From positions 349,808-413,807 of the forward strand of contig CANMJH010000003.1 in assembly GCA_947498125.1 (NCBI GenBank): a stretch of 64,000 nt of DNA, in the 5' to 3' direction. This DNA is from an uncultured Nioella sp. (GTDB lineage: Bacteria > Pseudomonadota > Alphaproteobacteria > Rhodobacterales > Rhodobacteraceae). Positions 21,861 to 32,567 of this stretch are shown piece by piece; the stretch's first letter is position 1, and each line of letters begins with the position of its first letter. A program made the position numbers and the translations under genes. Below the pieces are notes generated by a model. It made no database searches, was not told where the DNA came from, and saw only the letters and a program-made list of their open reading frames with translations.

Positions 21861-22373
21861 ATGCGAGCGTTTTTCTGGCTTTGCTTTGCTGCTGCGACCG
21901 CGCTCTATCTGGCGATGGTTTTCGTAACCATGCCAACTTTGATGAATATGGCAGGCGGCTTAATGCCCTTTGACATGCGTCCCGGCGGTTATGATCTGCC
22001 AGCGGCGCAAGCCTATCTGGCGGCATTGGGCGAGGAGGGTCGCGCCTATTATCTTGGTACGCAGCATCGGCTTGATAGTTTATTTCCCGGTCTGATGGGA
22101 CTGGCCCTTGTTTTGGGTGGTTTCCTGATGATGCGCCGTCCGTGGCTCTGGGTTTTTGTGGCGGTGGTGATCGTCGCCAAAGCAGCCGATTACCTTGAAA
22201 ACGGTGCGGTTGCGCAAATGCTTGAGGCAGATGAGGTCACGGCAGATATGGTCATGGTGGCCAGCCGCTGGACATTAGTCAAAACGGTGGGTGACACGTT
22301 GGCTTATGTGACCTTCCTGTTGGCCGCCGGTCTTGCAATGTGGCGCTGGATCAAAGAAAGGCAAAACCGATGA
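21861..22373 (+). CDS. integral membrane protein, hypothetical
   Basis: predicted TM helices; RBS AAAGGA before ATG 21861. Confidence 0.5.
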   Translation: MRAFFWLCFAAATALYLAMVFVTMPTLMNMAGGLMPFDMRPGGYDLPAAQAYLAALGEEGRAYYLGTQHRLDSLFPGLMGLALVLGGFLMMRRPWLWVFVAVVIVAKAADYLENGAVAQMLEADEVTADMVMVASRWTLVKTVGDTLAYVTFLLAAGLAMWRWIKERQNR

Positions 22374-22771
22374 TCACCGGAAGCTGCCTGTGCGGCGCGA
22401 TATCCTATAAAACCGAGGCCAAGCTTGGCCCAGTGACGCCGTGTCATTGCGGCCAGTGCCGGAAATCGACCGGGCATTTCAGTGCAGCAACGCCGGTGAA
22501 ATGGGACGAGCTAGAGCTAACGGGCGATCTGAAATGGTATGACAGCACCCCCGGCAAGGCACGGCGTGGGTTTTGTGGCACCTGCGGCAGCTATATGATC
22601 TGGGAAGAGTTCGACGGGCTGGCCTATCTTTCTGCCGGAACGATGGATAACCCCACCGGTCTGCATATCGATGCCCATATCTTTTATGCCGATAAGGGCG
22701 ACTATTATTCCTGCAATGACGGTGTGCCGTGCTTTGCCGCTGGGCGCAGTGGGCCAGAGGTGGCTCCATGA
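22370..22771 (+). CDS. GFA-family (CENP-V/glutathione-dependent formaldehyde-activating-like) zinc protein
   Basis: Cys-rich GFA pattern CLCGA..., CHCGQCRK, GFCGTCGS. Confidence 0.8.
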   Translation: MITGSCLCGAISYKTEAKLGPVTPCHCGQCRKSTGHFSAATPVKWDELELTGDLKWYDSTPGKARRGFCGTCGSYMIWEEFDGLAYLSAGTMDNPTGLHIDAHIFYADKGDYYSCNDGVPCFAAGRSGPEVAP

Positions 22772-23172
22772 CGAAGGGAAGTTGCCTTTGCGGTGCCGTC
22801 ACGCTTGAAATCACGGGTCCCATGCGGCCCGTGATTGCCTGCCACTGTACGCAATGCCGGAAAGGGTCGGGCCATCACGTGGCGGCAACATCGGCCGCGC
22901 GCAGCGATGTTGAGGTCACGGGAGAGCTTACTTGGTTCCAATCCTCGGAATATGCGCGGCGCGGGTTTTGCGGCACCTGCGGCGCAATGATGCTTTGGGA
23001 TGGGCCGGATCAGAACATCTCGATCTTCGCCGGTTGCCTGGATGGGCCGACAGGTTTGCATATTTCGGGGCATATATATTGCGACGATAAGGGTGATTAC
23101 TACGAGATTGCTGACGACGTGCCACAGGCCAGCGGCTGCGATCCTAAAATGACAGTGCAGGTGCGCGATTGA
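22768..23172 (+). CDS. GFA-family zinc protein, tandem paralogue
   Basis: same Cys pattern (CLCGA, CHCTQCRK, GFCGTCGA); ATG overlaps the stop of the previous gene (ATGA). Confidence 0.8.
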   Translation: MTKGSCLCGAVTLEITGPMRPVIACHCTQCRKGSGHHVAATSAARSDVEVTGELTWFQSSEYARRGFCGTCGAMMLWDGPDQNISIFAGCLDGPTGLHISGHIYCDDKGDYYEIADDVPQASGCDPKMTVQVRD

Positions 23173-23208
23173 CTTGCACCCCGGCGAGCTGAGCGTTAGC
23201 CATGAGCT

Positions 23209-23820
23209 ATGGTATTTACACTGGCAATTGACGGACCTGCGGCGGCAGGCAAGGGAACCATCTCGAAAGCGGTGGCAGCCCATTTTGGTTATGCGCATCT
23301 TGATACCGGCTTGCTTTATCGGGCGGTCGGGCAGCGCATGTTAGCAGGCGAAGAACCGATTGAGGCTGCGCGCTCTTTAGCGGCAGAAGATCTGGAGCAT
23401 CCTGATCTGCGAACGGTTGAGGCGGCGCAGGCGGCCTCTAAGGTTGCCGTGATTCCCGAAGTGCGGGCAGCGCTTCTGGATTTCCAGCGCACCTTTGCGC
23501 AGCGCATGGGCGGTGCAGTTCTGGACGGGCGCGATATCGGAACAGTGATTTGTCCGAATGCAGACGTAAAACTCTACGTGACCGCCTCTGATGAGGCGCG
23601 CGCGGGACGGCGGCATAAAGAACTGCAAGAACGTGGCCGCGATATCAGTTTCGAGACGGTCCTGGCCGAGCTTCAAGAACGCGACGCCCGCGACAGCGCG
23701 CGCTCGGAAGCGCCATTGAAGCCAGCAGACGATGCGGTTCTTCTCGATACGTCAGATTTGTCGATTGACGAGGCTGTCGCCCGCGCTGTGGCTGAAATTG
23801 AAAAAAAGACCCACGCTTGA
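23209..23820 (+). CDS. cmk: cytidylate kinase
   Basis: P-loop GPAAAGKGT and Cmk-like sequence; conserved aroA...cmk-rpsA context. Confidence 0.9.
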   Translation: MVFTLAIDGPAAAGKGTISKAVAAHFGYAHLDTGLLYRAVGQRMLAGEEPIEAARSLAAEDLEHPDLRTVEAAQAASKVAVIPEVRAALLDFQRTFAQRMGGAVLDGRDIGTVICPNADVKLYVTASDEARAGRRHKELQERGRDISFETVLAELQERDARDSARSEAPLKPADDAVLLDTSDLSIDEAVARAVAEIEKKTHA

Positions 23821-24590
23821 TCGGGACCGTTTCTTTCTGTCTGAACCCGGCGTTCGCCCGGCAGATTTTTTGGTTGGTCTTGACCCTAATTGCGATCTGG
23901 TTGCCGAAGCATGGTCATGCCACGCCGATATGGGAGCATGTGGATTGCAGACTGCCGGAAGACGATCTGGAATTGTATCTCCTCCGGATTTCGACGCCGC
24001 TTTTTGAACGTGTCGTAGGCGTAGCCGCTGCGGATCAACAAGAAGAGATGCGGGGATATCAAACCCTTTCTCCGGGTAGCTTTCGTGTCGATGTGGAAGA
24101 CTGCCAAATTTACGACATGTCCGAGCGTTTGGTGTGGCGTTGGGCCGGATTTGAAGCGCGGCCTCAAGGGGAGCAGAGCCCTACATGGTTTGGTCAACCG
24201 TTTGAGGCGGCCGAATTATGGGAAATGACGGGAAGCGAAGCTGGTTTTTCAACATTTCCAGCAAGTGAACTGCCGATATTGATCGTTTTGCGATCTGAAG
24301 TGAAAGGACGCAAATTGGGCGTGTCTGTGTTTCTTATTTTCGTGCCATTGGGGCTTGCCCTATTGATCTTAGGCCTAAAAACGCTTGCTAAGCACCAATC
24401 CGGCCGCATCAGTGGTTTGGCTTTTTCTAGTTTGGCAGCCGTCGTTCCTCTTGCTGCCGGTCTCAGCCCTGCATTTGCGGGATATAACCCAATGTCAGCT
24501 CAGCTTGTAACAATTCTAATTGTCTTGGCGTTGGCAATAACTGCTGGGATTATTAAAATTGCGGACCAAATTGGATTTCGTCCGTTCTAG
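23817..24590 (+). CDS. hypothetical membrane protein
   Basis: TM-rich C-terminal half; somewhat lower GC than its neighbours; inserted between cmk and rpsA. Confidence 0.4.
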   Translation: MIGTVSFCLNPAFARQIFWLVLTLIAIWLPKHGHATPIWEHVDCRLPEDDLELYLLRISTPLFERVVGVAAADQQEEMRGYQTLSPGSFRVDVEDCQIYDMSERLVWRWAGFEARPQGEQSPTWFGQPFEAAELWEMTGSEAGFSTFPASELPILIVLRSEVKGRKLGVSVFLIFVPLGLALLILGLKTLAKHQSGRISGLAFSSLAAVVPLAAGLSPAFAGYNPMSAQLVTILIVLALAITAGIIKIADQIGFRPF

Positions 24591-24690
24591 CCCAATGTGG
24601 CGAGCGATTGCCAATGAGATAGGTGCTTTGCATTCCCGTAAAATCCCGCGCATCTTGTGCGGCAACATCACGTGCGAGGGAAGGTCGTCG

Positions 24691-25689
24691 ATGCAAAATG
24701 TAAGGCTAGGTCCAGATGGGCCGCTTATGCCGCAAATTGGTATCGGCGGGATGTCCTTTGCCGATTTCTATGGACCTGCAACCGAGGACGGCTCGCATGC
24801 GATTTTGCGGGCGGCGCTTGAGGCCGGGGTCAGCCATCTTGATACGTCGAATGTTTACGGGATGGGCAAATCCGAGCGGGCGATTGGCAGTTTTCTGGCT
24901 GCGAACCCCGGCGCAAGGGACCAGTTTCAGATCGCCACCAAGGCGGGGATTACAAAGGATGCGGATGGCAATCGCTGTTATCGCAATGACGCAGCGTATC
25001 TTGAGGCCGAGCTGGATGGCAGTCTGAAACGGTTGGGCGTTGAGGCGGTGGATTTGTTCTATGTGCACCGCCGCGAGGAAGCCCGGCCCATCGAAGAGGT
25101 GGCCGACACGCTTGCCGGTTTGATCAAAAAGGGCAAGGTCAAAGCCGTTGGGTTTTCCGAGATCGCGCCAAGCTCGCTGCGGCGGGCGAGTATGGTCTGC
25201 CCGATTGCGGCTGTGCAGTCGGAATATTCGCTATCAACGCGTCAGCCCGAGCTTGGGCTTGTACAAACATGCGCCGAGCTTGGGACAAGTTTGGTTGCAT
25301 TCTCACCCGTTGGGCGGGGAATGCTGACCGATTATGCGCGCAGCCCGGATGAGCTTAAGAAGCTACCATTTCTGTCTGGAAACCCCAGATTCTCTGGAGA
25401 AAACTACGCAGCCAACCTGAAGAAGGTACAAGAGTTTCAATCGCTTGCTCGTGAATTGGGCGTCTCAACAGCCGCTTTGGCAATTGGTTGGGTCATTGCG
25501 CAAGGCGATCATGTTCTGCCCATTCCCGGAACGCGGTCGCCGGCGCATTTCGCCGAGTTGGTCGAAGGCGCGGGCCTAAACCTTGGCGCAACTGAGCTGG
25601 CGGCGATCGACGCAGTATTGCCCGTTGGCTGGGCACATGGCGCGCGATACACGGCAGCACAGGCGATCGGGCCGGAAAACTATTGCTGA
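24691..25689 (+). CDS. aldo/keto reductase family oxidoreductase
   Basis: AKR-like sequence (LDTSNVYGMGKSERAIG...); RBS GAGGGAAGG before ATG 24691. Confidence 0.8.
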   Translation: MQNVRLGPDGPLMPQIGIGGMSFADFYGPATEDGSHAILRAALEAGVSHLDTSNVYGMGKSERAIGSFLAANPGARDQFQIATKAGITKDADGNRCYRNDAAYLEAELDGSLKRLGVEAVDLFYVHRREEARPIEEVADTLAGLIKKGKVKAVGFSEIAPSSLRRASMVCPIAAVQSEYSLSTRQPELGLVQTCAELGTSLVAFSPVGRGMLTDYARSPDELKKLPFLSGNPRFSGENYAANLKKVQEFQSLARELGVSTAALAIGWVIAQGDHVLPIPGTRSPAHFAELVEGAGLNLGATELAAIDAVLPVGWAHGARYTAAQAIGPENYC

Positions 25690-25905
25690 AACCCTTGCAG
25701 AAAAGGGAATCTCGGGCTATACGCGCAGCCGTCAAGCAGGCGGGAAACGTCGCATCAGAGCAGGGTCGGAAATTCCGGCCCTCATTCTTTTTGCGAAACG
25801 CCCCCGAGAGGACCAATTTTTGCACCGTCAAAGACGGGCTTTAACTCAAGACCGGCGGAGACAACCGCGCGGCCAGAAACAAACGCTAAAGGATAAAGAC
25901 GCCAC

Positions 25906-27585
25906 ATGGCTCAGAACGTATCTATGGAGGACTTCGAAGCCCTTCTTGAAGAAAGCTTCGAAATTGACACGCCCGCAGAGGGCTCGGTTGTCAAAGGCAA
26001 AGTACTGGCGATTGAAGCCGGTCAGGCCATCATCGATGTCGGCTACAAAATGGAAGGCCGCGTTGATCTAAAAGAATTCGCAAATCCCGGTGAAGCACCA
26101 GAGATTGAAATCGGCGACGAAGTCGAGATCTTCCTGCGCTCGGTTGAAAACGCGCGTGGCGAGGCTGTTATCAGCCACGAAATGGCCCGCCGTGAAGCCG
26201 CTTGGGATCGTCTGGAAAAAGCATATGCTGACGAAGAGCGCGTTGAAGGCGCGATCTTTGGTCGTGTCAAAGGTGGTTTCACCGTTGACCTCGGCGGCGC
26301 CGTGGCCTTCTTGCCCGGCTCTCAGGTTGACGTGCGCCCCGTGCGCGACGCTGGCCCGCTGATGAACCTCAAGCAGCCTTTCCAGATCCTGAAAATGGAC
26401 CGTCGCCGTGGCAACATCGTTGTTTCGCGTCGTGCAATCCTTGAAGAATCCCGTGCCGAACAGCGCGCCGAAGTTATCGGCAAGCTGGCTGAAGGCGATG
26501 TTGTTGATGGTGTTGTCAAAAACATCACCGAATACGGTGCATTCGTTGATCTGGGCGGTGTTGACGGGCTTCTGCACGTCACCGACATGGCATGGCGCCG
26601 CGTAAACGACCCCAAAGAAGTTCTGACCATTGGCGAAACCGTCAAAGTTCAGGTCATCAAGGTCAACAAAGAAACTCACCGCATCAGCCTTGGCATGAAG
26701 CAGCTGCAGGACGATCCATGGAGCCTTGTCGAAGGCAAGTATCCGCTGGAATCGACCCATACCGGCCGCGTCACCAACATCACCGATTACGGTGCATTTG
26801 TTGAGCTTGAGCCAGGTGTTGAAGGTCTGGTTCACGTGTCCGAAATGTCCTGGACCAAAAAGAACGTTCACCCCGGCAAAATCGTTTCGACGAGCCAGGA
26901 AGTGGAAGTCATGGTTCTGGAAATCGACACCACCAAACGTCGCGTTTCGCTTGGCCTCAAGCAGACCATGCGCAACCCATGGGAAGTCTTCGAAGAGCAG
27001 TTCCCAGTTGGCACGCAGGTTGAAGGTGAAGTCAAAAACATCACCGAATTCGGTCTGTTCGTCGGTCTGGAAAACGACATCGACGGCATGGTTCACCTCT
27101 CTGACCTGACCTGGGAAGGTCGCGGCGAAGATGTGATCGGCAACTACCGCAAAGGTGACATGGTCAACGCCGTGGTCTCTGAAGTGGACACCGATAAAGA
27201 GCGCATCAGCCTGTCGATCAAAGCGGTTGAGGGTGACCCCTTTGCCGATGCAATCGACGGCATCAAGCGTGGCTCGATCATCACTGTTGAAGTGACGGCT
27301 ATCGAAGATGGCGGCATCGAAGTGGATCACGAAGGCATGAAGAGCTTCATCCGTCGCTCGGATCTGTCCCGTGACCGTGCTGAGCAGCGTCCAGAGCGCT
27401 TCCAGATCGGTGACAAGCTGGACGTCCGCGTCACGAATGTAGACGCACGTGCACGTCGCCTTGGTCTGTCGATCAAAGCCCGCGAAATCGCGGAAGAGAA
27501 GGAAGCAGTTGAGCAGTATGGCTCGTCTGATTCCGGCGCGTCCTTGGGTGATATCCTTGGCGCAGCTCTGAAGGGCGACGAATAA
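25906..27585 (+). CDS. rpsA: 30S ribosomal protein S1
   Basis: six repeated S1 RNA-binding domains; conserved position before ihfB. Confidence 0.95.
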   Translation: MAQNVSMEDFEALLEESFEIDTPAEGSVVKGKVLAIEAGQAIIDVGYKMEGRVDLKEFANPGEAPEIEIGDEVEIFLRSVENARGEAVISHEMARREAAWDRLEKAYADEERVEGAIFGRVKGGFTVDLGGAVAFLPGSQVDVRPVRDAGPLMNLKQPFQILKMDRRRGNIVVSRRAILEESRAEQRAEVIGKLAEGDVVDGVVKNITEYGAFVDLGGVDGLLHVTDMAWRRVNDPKEVLTIGETVKVQVIKVNKETHRISLGMKQLQDDPWSLVEGKYPLESTHTGRVTNITDYGAFVELEPGVEGLVHVSEMSWTKKNVHPGKIVSTSQEVEVMVLEIDTTKRRVSLGLKQTMRNPWEVFEEQFPVGTQVEGEVKNITEFGLFVGLENDIDGMVHLSDLTWEGRGEDVIGNYRKGDMVNAVVSEVDTDKERISLSIKAVEGDPFADAIDGIKRGSIITVEVTAIEDGGIEVDHEGMKSFIRRSDLSRDRAEQRPERFQIGDKLDVRVTNVDARARRLGLSIKAREIAEEKEAVEQYGSSDSGASLGDILGAALKGDE

Positions 27586-27609
27586 TCCGTCCCCCGAAAC
27601 TGATTAGAA

Positions 27610-27643
27610 AAGGCCCCGCCAGATGCGCGGGGCCTTTTTCGTT
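27610..27643 (+). terminator. Rho-independent terminator after rpsA
   Basis: aaaaggccccgccagatgcgcggggccttttt. Confidence 0.75.
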
Positions 27644-27856
27644 TATGGACCCGAATCACCGATAGGTTGATCGTGCTTGCATAAGCGCGGAAAAACTTAC
27701 CATTCGGACAAAAACCGCCTTTAGCCGGGTTTTGCCAAGCTTTGGTAAGCGGGAACCCGCAGAAATTGCCCCAAATTCAACGGCTTTGTCTTTTCACAAA
27801 TGCGCGAATGGTCCTATAGTCGTTCCAACAGGGACAAACGGGGCCGGGGTAATTGG

Positions 27857-28147
27857 ATGATACGTTCTGAACTTATCCAGAAGCTGGCTGACGAAAATCC
27901 ACATCTCTATCAAAGAGATGTTGAGCGGATCGTCAGCTCGATCTTTGAAGAGATCATTGGAGCATTGGCCGAGGGAGACCGAGTAGAGCTGCGCGGTTTC
28001 GGCGCGTTTTCAGTTAAGCAACGGGATGCAAGGGTAGGGCGTAACCCGCGTACGGGTGAAAGTGTCGAAGTTGAAGAGAAGCATGTGCCTTTCTTCAAAG
28101 CCGGCAAGCTCCTGCGCGATCGGCTCAATGGTTTAGAGGGCTCCTGA
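27857..28147 (+). CDS. ihfB: integration host factor subunit beta
   Basis: HU/IHF-family sequence ([11 protein letters not shown]...[19 protein letters not shown]). Confidence 0.9.
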   Translation: MIRSELIQKLADENPHLYQRDVERIVSSIFEEIIGALAEGDRVELRGFGAFSVKQRDARVGRNPRTGESVEVEEKHVPFFKAGKLLRDRLNGLEGS

Positions 28148-28150
28148 CCC

Positions 28151-28498
28151 GTGAAATACATAAAGTATTTGTTTCTTGCGATCATTGCTTTGGCTTTGGT
28201 CCTTCTGGCGCTGGCCAATGGTGACCGTGTCACCCTGACAGTTTTGCCGCCCGAATTGGCGGAATGGGTGAACTGGAATTTCGCAATCACATTGCCGCTG
28301 TTTATCGTGATCCTTGGCGGCATCGTGGCCGGTTTGCTGATTGGGTTCGTTTGGGAATGGTTCCGCGAGCACAAGCAACGGGCCGAAGCGGCTGCGCAGC
28401 GCAAGGAGCGTGACCAGCTTGCGCGTGAAGTTCAGTCGCTGAAAGGTAAAGAAGGCCGTCAGCAAGATGACGTGCTGGCTTTGCTTGAGGAAGCTTAA
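28151..28498 (+). CDS. lapA: LapA-family (DUF1049) inner-membrane protein
   Basis: two TM helices plus a charged C-terminal tail; conserved position after ihfB. Confidence 0.65.
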   Translation: MKYIKYLFLAIIALALVLLALANGDRVTLTVLPPELAEWVNWNFAITLPLFIVILGGIVAGLLIGFVWEWFREHKQRAEAAAQRKERDQLAREVQSLKGKEGRQQDDVLALLEEA

Positions 28499-28519
28499 AG
28501 GCTGCGATAGACCGCCTTT

Positions 28520-29164
28520 ATGACAATCGCTCTGAAATATTGCGGGCTGAAAACGCCCGAAGATATCGCCGCGGCCGCACATGTGGGCGTGCGCTATATC
28601 GGATTTGTGCATTTCCCAAAATCGCCGCGGCATCTGTCCGTTGATGAAATGGCGGCGCTGGCGATCGAGGTGCCGATGGGCATTGCTAAGGTTCTGCTGA
28701 CGGTGAATGCCGATAACGCGCTTTTGGATGAGATCACGGCAAAGGTCCCTTTGGACATGTTGCAGCTACATGGCGCGGAAAGCCCCGCCCGTGTGCGCGA
28801 GATCAAAGAGCGCTATGGATTGCCGGTGATGAAAGCGATTGGCGTTGCCGATGCCGAGGATCTAGCGGCAATCGATATCTATTCAGATGTGGCCGATCAG
28901 CTTTTGATCGATGCCAAACCGCCCAAAGGCGGCGATATCCCCGGCGGCAATGGGGTGCCATTTGACTGGCGTTTGTTGGCAGGTCGCAAATACTGGACCG
29001 TGCCGTGGATGCTGTCGGGCGGTTTGACCGCGACGAACGTGGCCGAGGCGGTTCGACTGACAGGCGCGCGGCAGGTTGACCTCAGCTCGGGCATAGAAAT
29101 TACGCCAGGCGTGAAGGATGCCGGACTGATGGCAGGTTTTGCAGCGGCGCTATCTGACGTTTAA
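28520..29164 (+). CDS. trpF: phosphoribosylanthranilate isomerase
   Basis: TrpF-like TIM-barrel sequence ([11 protein letters not shown]...). Confidence 0.85.
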   Translation: MTIALKYCGLKTPEDIAAAAHVGVRYIGFVHFPKSPRHLSVDEMAALAIEVPMGIAKVLLTVNADNALLDEITAKVPLDMLQLHGAESPARVREIKERYGLPVMKAIGVADAEDLAAIDIYSDVADQLLIDAKPPKGGDIPGGNGVPFDWRLLAGRKYWTVPWMLSGGLTATNVAEAVRLTGARQVDLSSGIEITPGVKDAGLMAGFAAALSDV

Positions 29165-29381
29165 CGCCGCCAGTCCCAAGTTACGATCTGGAATGCAGAT
29201 TGGTACAGGCCCGCAAAACTGCCTCTCTTCTTTTGAGTGAGAAGTGAGGGAGCCTTGGGCATAAGGCTATATCCTGCTGCGTAATCCATGTGGAATGGGT
29301 GTTTTGAAACGCCTTGTCCTTGTTCTTCGGGAAAAGCTCGCTTAGGACATCTAATGTTCCCCGCGCAGCAAGGAGACAGGC

Positions 29382-30629
29382 ATGGCCGACGATCTTTTCA
29401 ACAGCTTCATGAACGGCCCCGATGAAAATGGCCGGTTTGGCGATTTTGGCGGGCGGTTTGTATCCGAGACGCTGATGCCGCTGATCCTTGAGTTGGAAGA
29501 GCAATACGAGAATGCTAAAACCGACGAGAGTTTCTGGGATGAGATGGATTATCTCTGGAAGCATTATGTCGGTCGCCCCAGCCCGCTTTATTATGCCGAA
29601 GGTCTGACAAAGCACCTTGGCGGCGCCAAGATCTATATGAAACGCGACGAGCTGAACCATACCGGCGCGCATAAGATTAACAATGTGCTGGGCCAGATCA
29701 TTCTAGCCCGCCGCATGGGCAAGACCCGGATTATTGCTGAAACTGGCGCGGGCCAGCACGGGGTGGCGACCGCAACGGTCTGTGCAAAATTCGGCCTGAA
29801 ATGCGTCGTCTATATGGGCGCGCATGATGTTGAGCGGCAAAAGCCCAACGTCTTCCGGATGCGCCTTTTGGGTGCTGAAGTTGTCCCCGTCACGTCTGGG
29901 CGCGGCACGTTGAAAGACGCGATGAACGATGCGTTGCGCGATTGGGTGACCAATGTGCGCGACACGTTTTATTGCATCGGCACGGTTGCTGGCCCGCACC
30001 CTTACCCCGCAATGGTGCGCGATTTCCAACAGATTATCGGCAAAGAGGCCAAAGTGCAGATGCAAGAGGCCGAGGGCCGGTTGCCCGATACGATCATCGC
30101 CTCAATCGGTGGTGGGTCAAATGCGATGGGTCTGTTCTACCCGTTCCTTGACGATAAATCGGTGCAGATCATCGGTGTTGAGGCGGGCGGCAAAGGCGTC
30201 AATGAGAAGATGGAGCATTGCGCCAGCCTGACCGGGGGCCGCCCCGGCGTTTTGCATGGCAACCGCACCTATCTGCTGCAGGATGATGATGGGCAGATCC
30301 TTGAGGGCTACTCGATTTCGGCGGGTCTGGATTACCCCGGTATCGGCCCCGAACACAGCTGGCTGCATGATACGGGCCGCGCTGAATATGTCAGCGTCAC
30401 CGATAAAGAAGCGCTGGCGGCCTTCCAGCTGTCTTGCGAAACCGAAGGCATTATCCCGGCGCTTGAACCCTGTCATGCCTTGGCGCATCTGACCAAGATC
30501 GCGCCGGACCTGCCTGCCGACCACCTGATCATCATGAATATGTGTGGACGCGGAGATAAGGATATCTTCACGGTCGCGCAGCATTTGGGCTATGACATGA
30601 CCGGCCCAGAGGGTCGTCTGACAGATTAA
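29382..30629 (+). CDS. trpB: tryptophan synthase beta subunit
   Basis: PLP-lysine motif HTGAHKINN; GGGSNA glycine-rich loop. Confidence 0.95.
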   Translation: MADDLFNSFMNGPDENGRFGDFGGRFVSETLMPLILELEEQYENAKTDESFWDEMDYLWKHYVGRPSPLYYAEGLTKHLGGAKIYMKRDELNHTGAHKINNVLGQIILARRMGKTRIIAETGAGQHGVATATVCAKFGLKCVVYMGAHDVERQKPNVFRMRLLGAEVVPVTSGRGTLKDAMNDALRDWVTNVRDTFYCIGTVAGPHPYPAMVRDFQQIIGKEAKVQMQEAEGRLPDTIIASIGGGSNAMGLFYPFLDDKSVQIIGVEAGGKGVNEKMEHCASLTGGRPGVLHGNRTYLLQDDDGQILEGYSISAGLDYPGIGPEHSWLHDTGRAEYVSVTDKEALAAFQLSCETEGIIPALEPCHALAHLTKIAPDLPADHLIIMNMCGRGDKDIFTVAQHLGYDMTGPEGRLTD

Positions 30630-30670
30630 GGTTTTCGGCAAGATTGACGCCGGTTGCATGATATTGTTGG

Positions 30671-30699
30671 GCCGTCCCGCTAGGGGCGGCTTTTCATTT
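30671..30699 (+). terminator. Rho-independent terminator after trpB
   Basis: gccgtcccgctaggggcggc followed by ttttcattt. Confidence 0.7.
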
Positions 30700-30930
30700 A
30701 TTGCGCGGATGGGTAATTTTGTTGCGCGACGGCAACGCCCCGAATGGACGCTTAACCAAAGAGTTGAGTGAATCGCACATCACCCCTTATCACCCACCTC
30801 CACCAGCCAACGGGTTTGGGCTTTTGCGGCAGGGGGTGATCACCCCTCCGGTGCGGGCGGCTTTGCCAGCCCCGTATGCCAAGGCACAAAAACCAGGCTT
30901 AGGTGTCCAGCGGCCTAATCCGCCTGCTTA

Positions 30931-31006
30931 GGAAGCATAGCTCATTGGGTAGAGCATCAGACTGTTAATCTGACGGTAGGGGGTTCGAATCCCTCTGTTT
31001 CGCCAA
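30931..31006 (+). tRNA. tRNA-Asn (anticodon GTT)
   Basis: cloverleaf: D-arm gctc-attgggta-gagc; anticodon arm tcaga-ctGTTaa-tctga; T-arm ggggg-ttcgaat-ccctc. Position 1:72 reads as a G:G mismatch in my manual fold, so the exact ends are +/- 2 nt. Confidence 0.75.
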
Positions 31007-31430
31007 AACGCCCGAAGGGGCGCTGACCTTCACGTCAGTCCACGAAAGTGGTCACAAAATCGGTTCCGGGGCTGCCTCATGCGGGTGCGGCCTTCCTCCT
31101 TTCGCCAAGCCTTTCGGGGTGCGGGAAAGGGCGGGTCTCATGCGCTCTGGCCTTTGGCCCGGGGGTGCGGTGATGGCGACAAACCAGACGCGCCCAGACG
31201 GGTAGGGGGCTACGGCCTCGCCCCGTCCCGGTGGATCTGGCGGGTTGCCCGCTCCTACGCTCCCCGCCGAAGGGCAAGGCAACGGGGCGGCCTCGGGCCT
31301 CACAAATTATCGTTTGGACAATTCCGCCCGAACGTCACGCCTGTCACGGAATGACCCGTGCAACCCATTCTTTTTAAAGGAGATCGCAATTGCGACGACG
31401 ATAACGACATTGATACGAAAAAGGAGTTTT

Positions 31431-32567
31431 ATGATGTCGATGATAGATTTATTGGTGCGGAAAGCCCGGATAATTGTTCCGGTGAACGCACGCACTTTGG
31501 TCCTTCACAAGGGCCGTATCAGCGGGCTTTTGGCACCCGGTGAACATTGGGTGATCCGCAAAGATTGCGAGACCATGCAATTCGACTTGAACTCTGCACG
31601 TATCACGTCGCGTCTAATTGATGCGCTTTTGCGGGATGCACCGGACCATGCAGGTGACGAAATCACCGAAGTTCGGACCGGGGCCGATGAGGTTGCAATC
31701 GTGATCCGAGATGGTCGGGCGCATGATGTTGTGTCGCCAGACACGCGGGCGCTTTTCTGGACCGAGGCTGGCCCTTGGACGGTTGAGCGCCTCTCGATCG
31801 CGGACTCGCAAGAGGTTGATCCTGCGCTTGCGCGCCGGCTTATGCGCTCGGGGCTTTCGCATGTTCTTACCTCGCACGAGGTGCCAGCAGGTAAGGTCGG
31901 GATCCTCTTCACCGATGGTGAAAAGGAGCGCGTCTTGCAGCCGGGAACCGTTTGGTTCTGGATGTTCGGTCAAAAGCACCTTGTGAAGCTTGTGGATACC
32001 CGCTGGCAAACCAAGGAAGTGACGGGTCAGGAGATCTTGACGAAAGACCGCGTCACCTTGCGCGTTAACCTTTCGGCGGATTTCCGGGTTTCGGACCCTG
32101 AATTGGCTGTATCGGCAGTGCGAGATTTCGAAGATGCCTTGCACCGGGCGTTGCAACTTGCCTTCCGGAAAACCCTTGGCGGGATGACACTTGACCGGCT
32201 TTTGGCCGAGAAAGTGTCGGTCGACGAGGAAGCCGCAGCCGTGGTGCGCCGCGAGATGGGGAAAATCGGGCTCGAGCTTGGGGATATCGCGTTGAAAGAC
32301 GTGATCTTGCCCGGTGAGATGCGCGAGATCCTCAATCAGGTGGTCGCAGCACAAAAAGAAGCTGAGGCAAACGTGATCCGGCGCCGCGAGGAAACGAACG
32401 CAACGCGCTCGCTTCTCAACACGGCGAAGGTCATGGCCGAACACCCGGTCATGTTGCGCCTTAAAGAGCTTGAGGCTTTGGAAGGCATCGCCTCGAAAGT
32501 GAACCAGCTTACGGTCCATAACGGGACCGAAGGGTTGATGTCCGACATCGTGCGTTTGCGCGACTGA
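31431..32567 (+). CDS. SPFH/band-7 (stomatin/prohibitin-like) protein with an uncharacterised ~180-aa N-terminal domain; no TM helix
   Basis: C-terminal SPFH-like region (TKDRVTLRVNLSADFRVSDPELAV...LDRLLAEK...GLELGDIALKDVILPGEMREILNQVVAAQKEAEA); ATG 31431 after an AAGGAG RBS. Confidence 0.7.
   Translation: MMSMIDLLVRKARIIVPVNARTLVLHKGRISGLLAPGEHWVIRKDCETMQFDLNSARITSRLIDALLRDAPDHAGDEITEVRTGADEVAIVIRDGRAHDVVSPDTRALFWTEAGPWTVERLSIADSQEVDPALARRLMRSGLSHVLTSHEVPAGKVGILFTDGEKERVLQPGTVWFWMFGQKHLVKLVDTRWQTKEVTGQEILTKDRVTLRVNLSADFRVSDPELAVSAVRDFEDALHRALQLAFRKTLGGMTLDRLLAEKVSVDEEAAAVVRREMGKIGLELGDIALKDVILPGEMREILNQVVAAQKEAEANVIRRREETNATRSLLNTAKVMAEHPVMLRLKELEALEGIASKVNQLTVHNGTEGLMSDIVRLRD

Noticed and set aside
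26068-27330. 420-aa ORF on the minus strand
   Set aside because: It lies entirely antisense to rpsA, whose S1-domain repeats are unmistakable. It has no RBS and the repetitive, low-complexity translation typical of high-GC antisense frames.
30931-31006. Possibility that the tRNA is a pseudo-tRNA, because position 1:72 reads as a G:G mismatch
   Set aside because: All other arms and invariant positions (U8, A14, G18G19, T54-C56) fold canonically. The mismatch is more likely my manual boundary error of 1 nt than a defective gene. Kept as tRNA-Asn with approximate ends.
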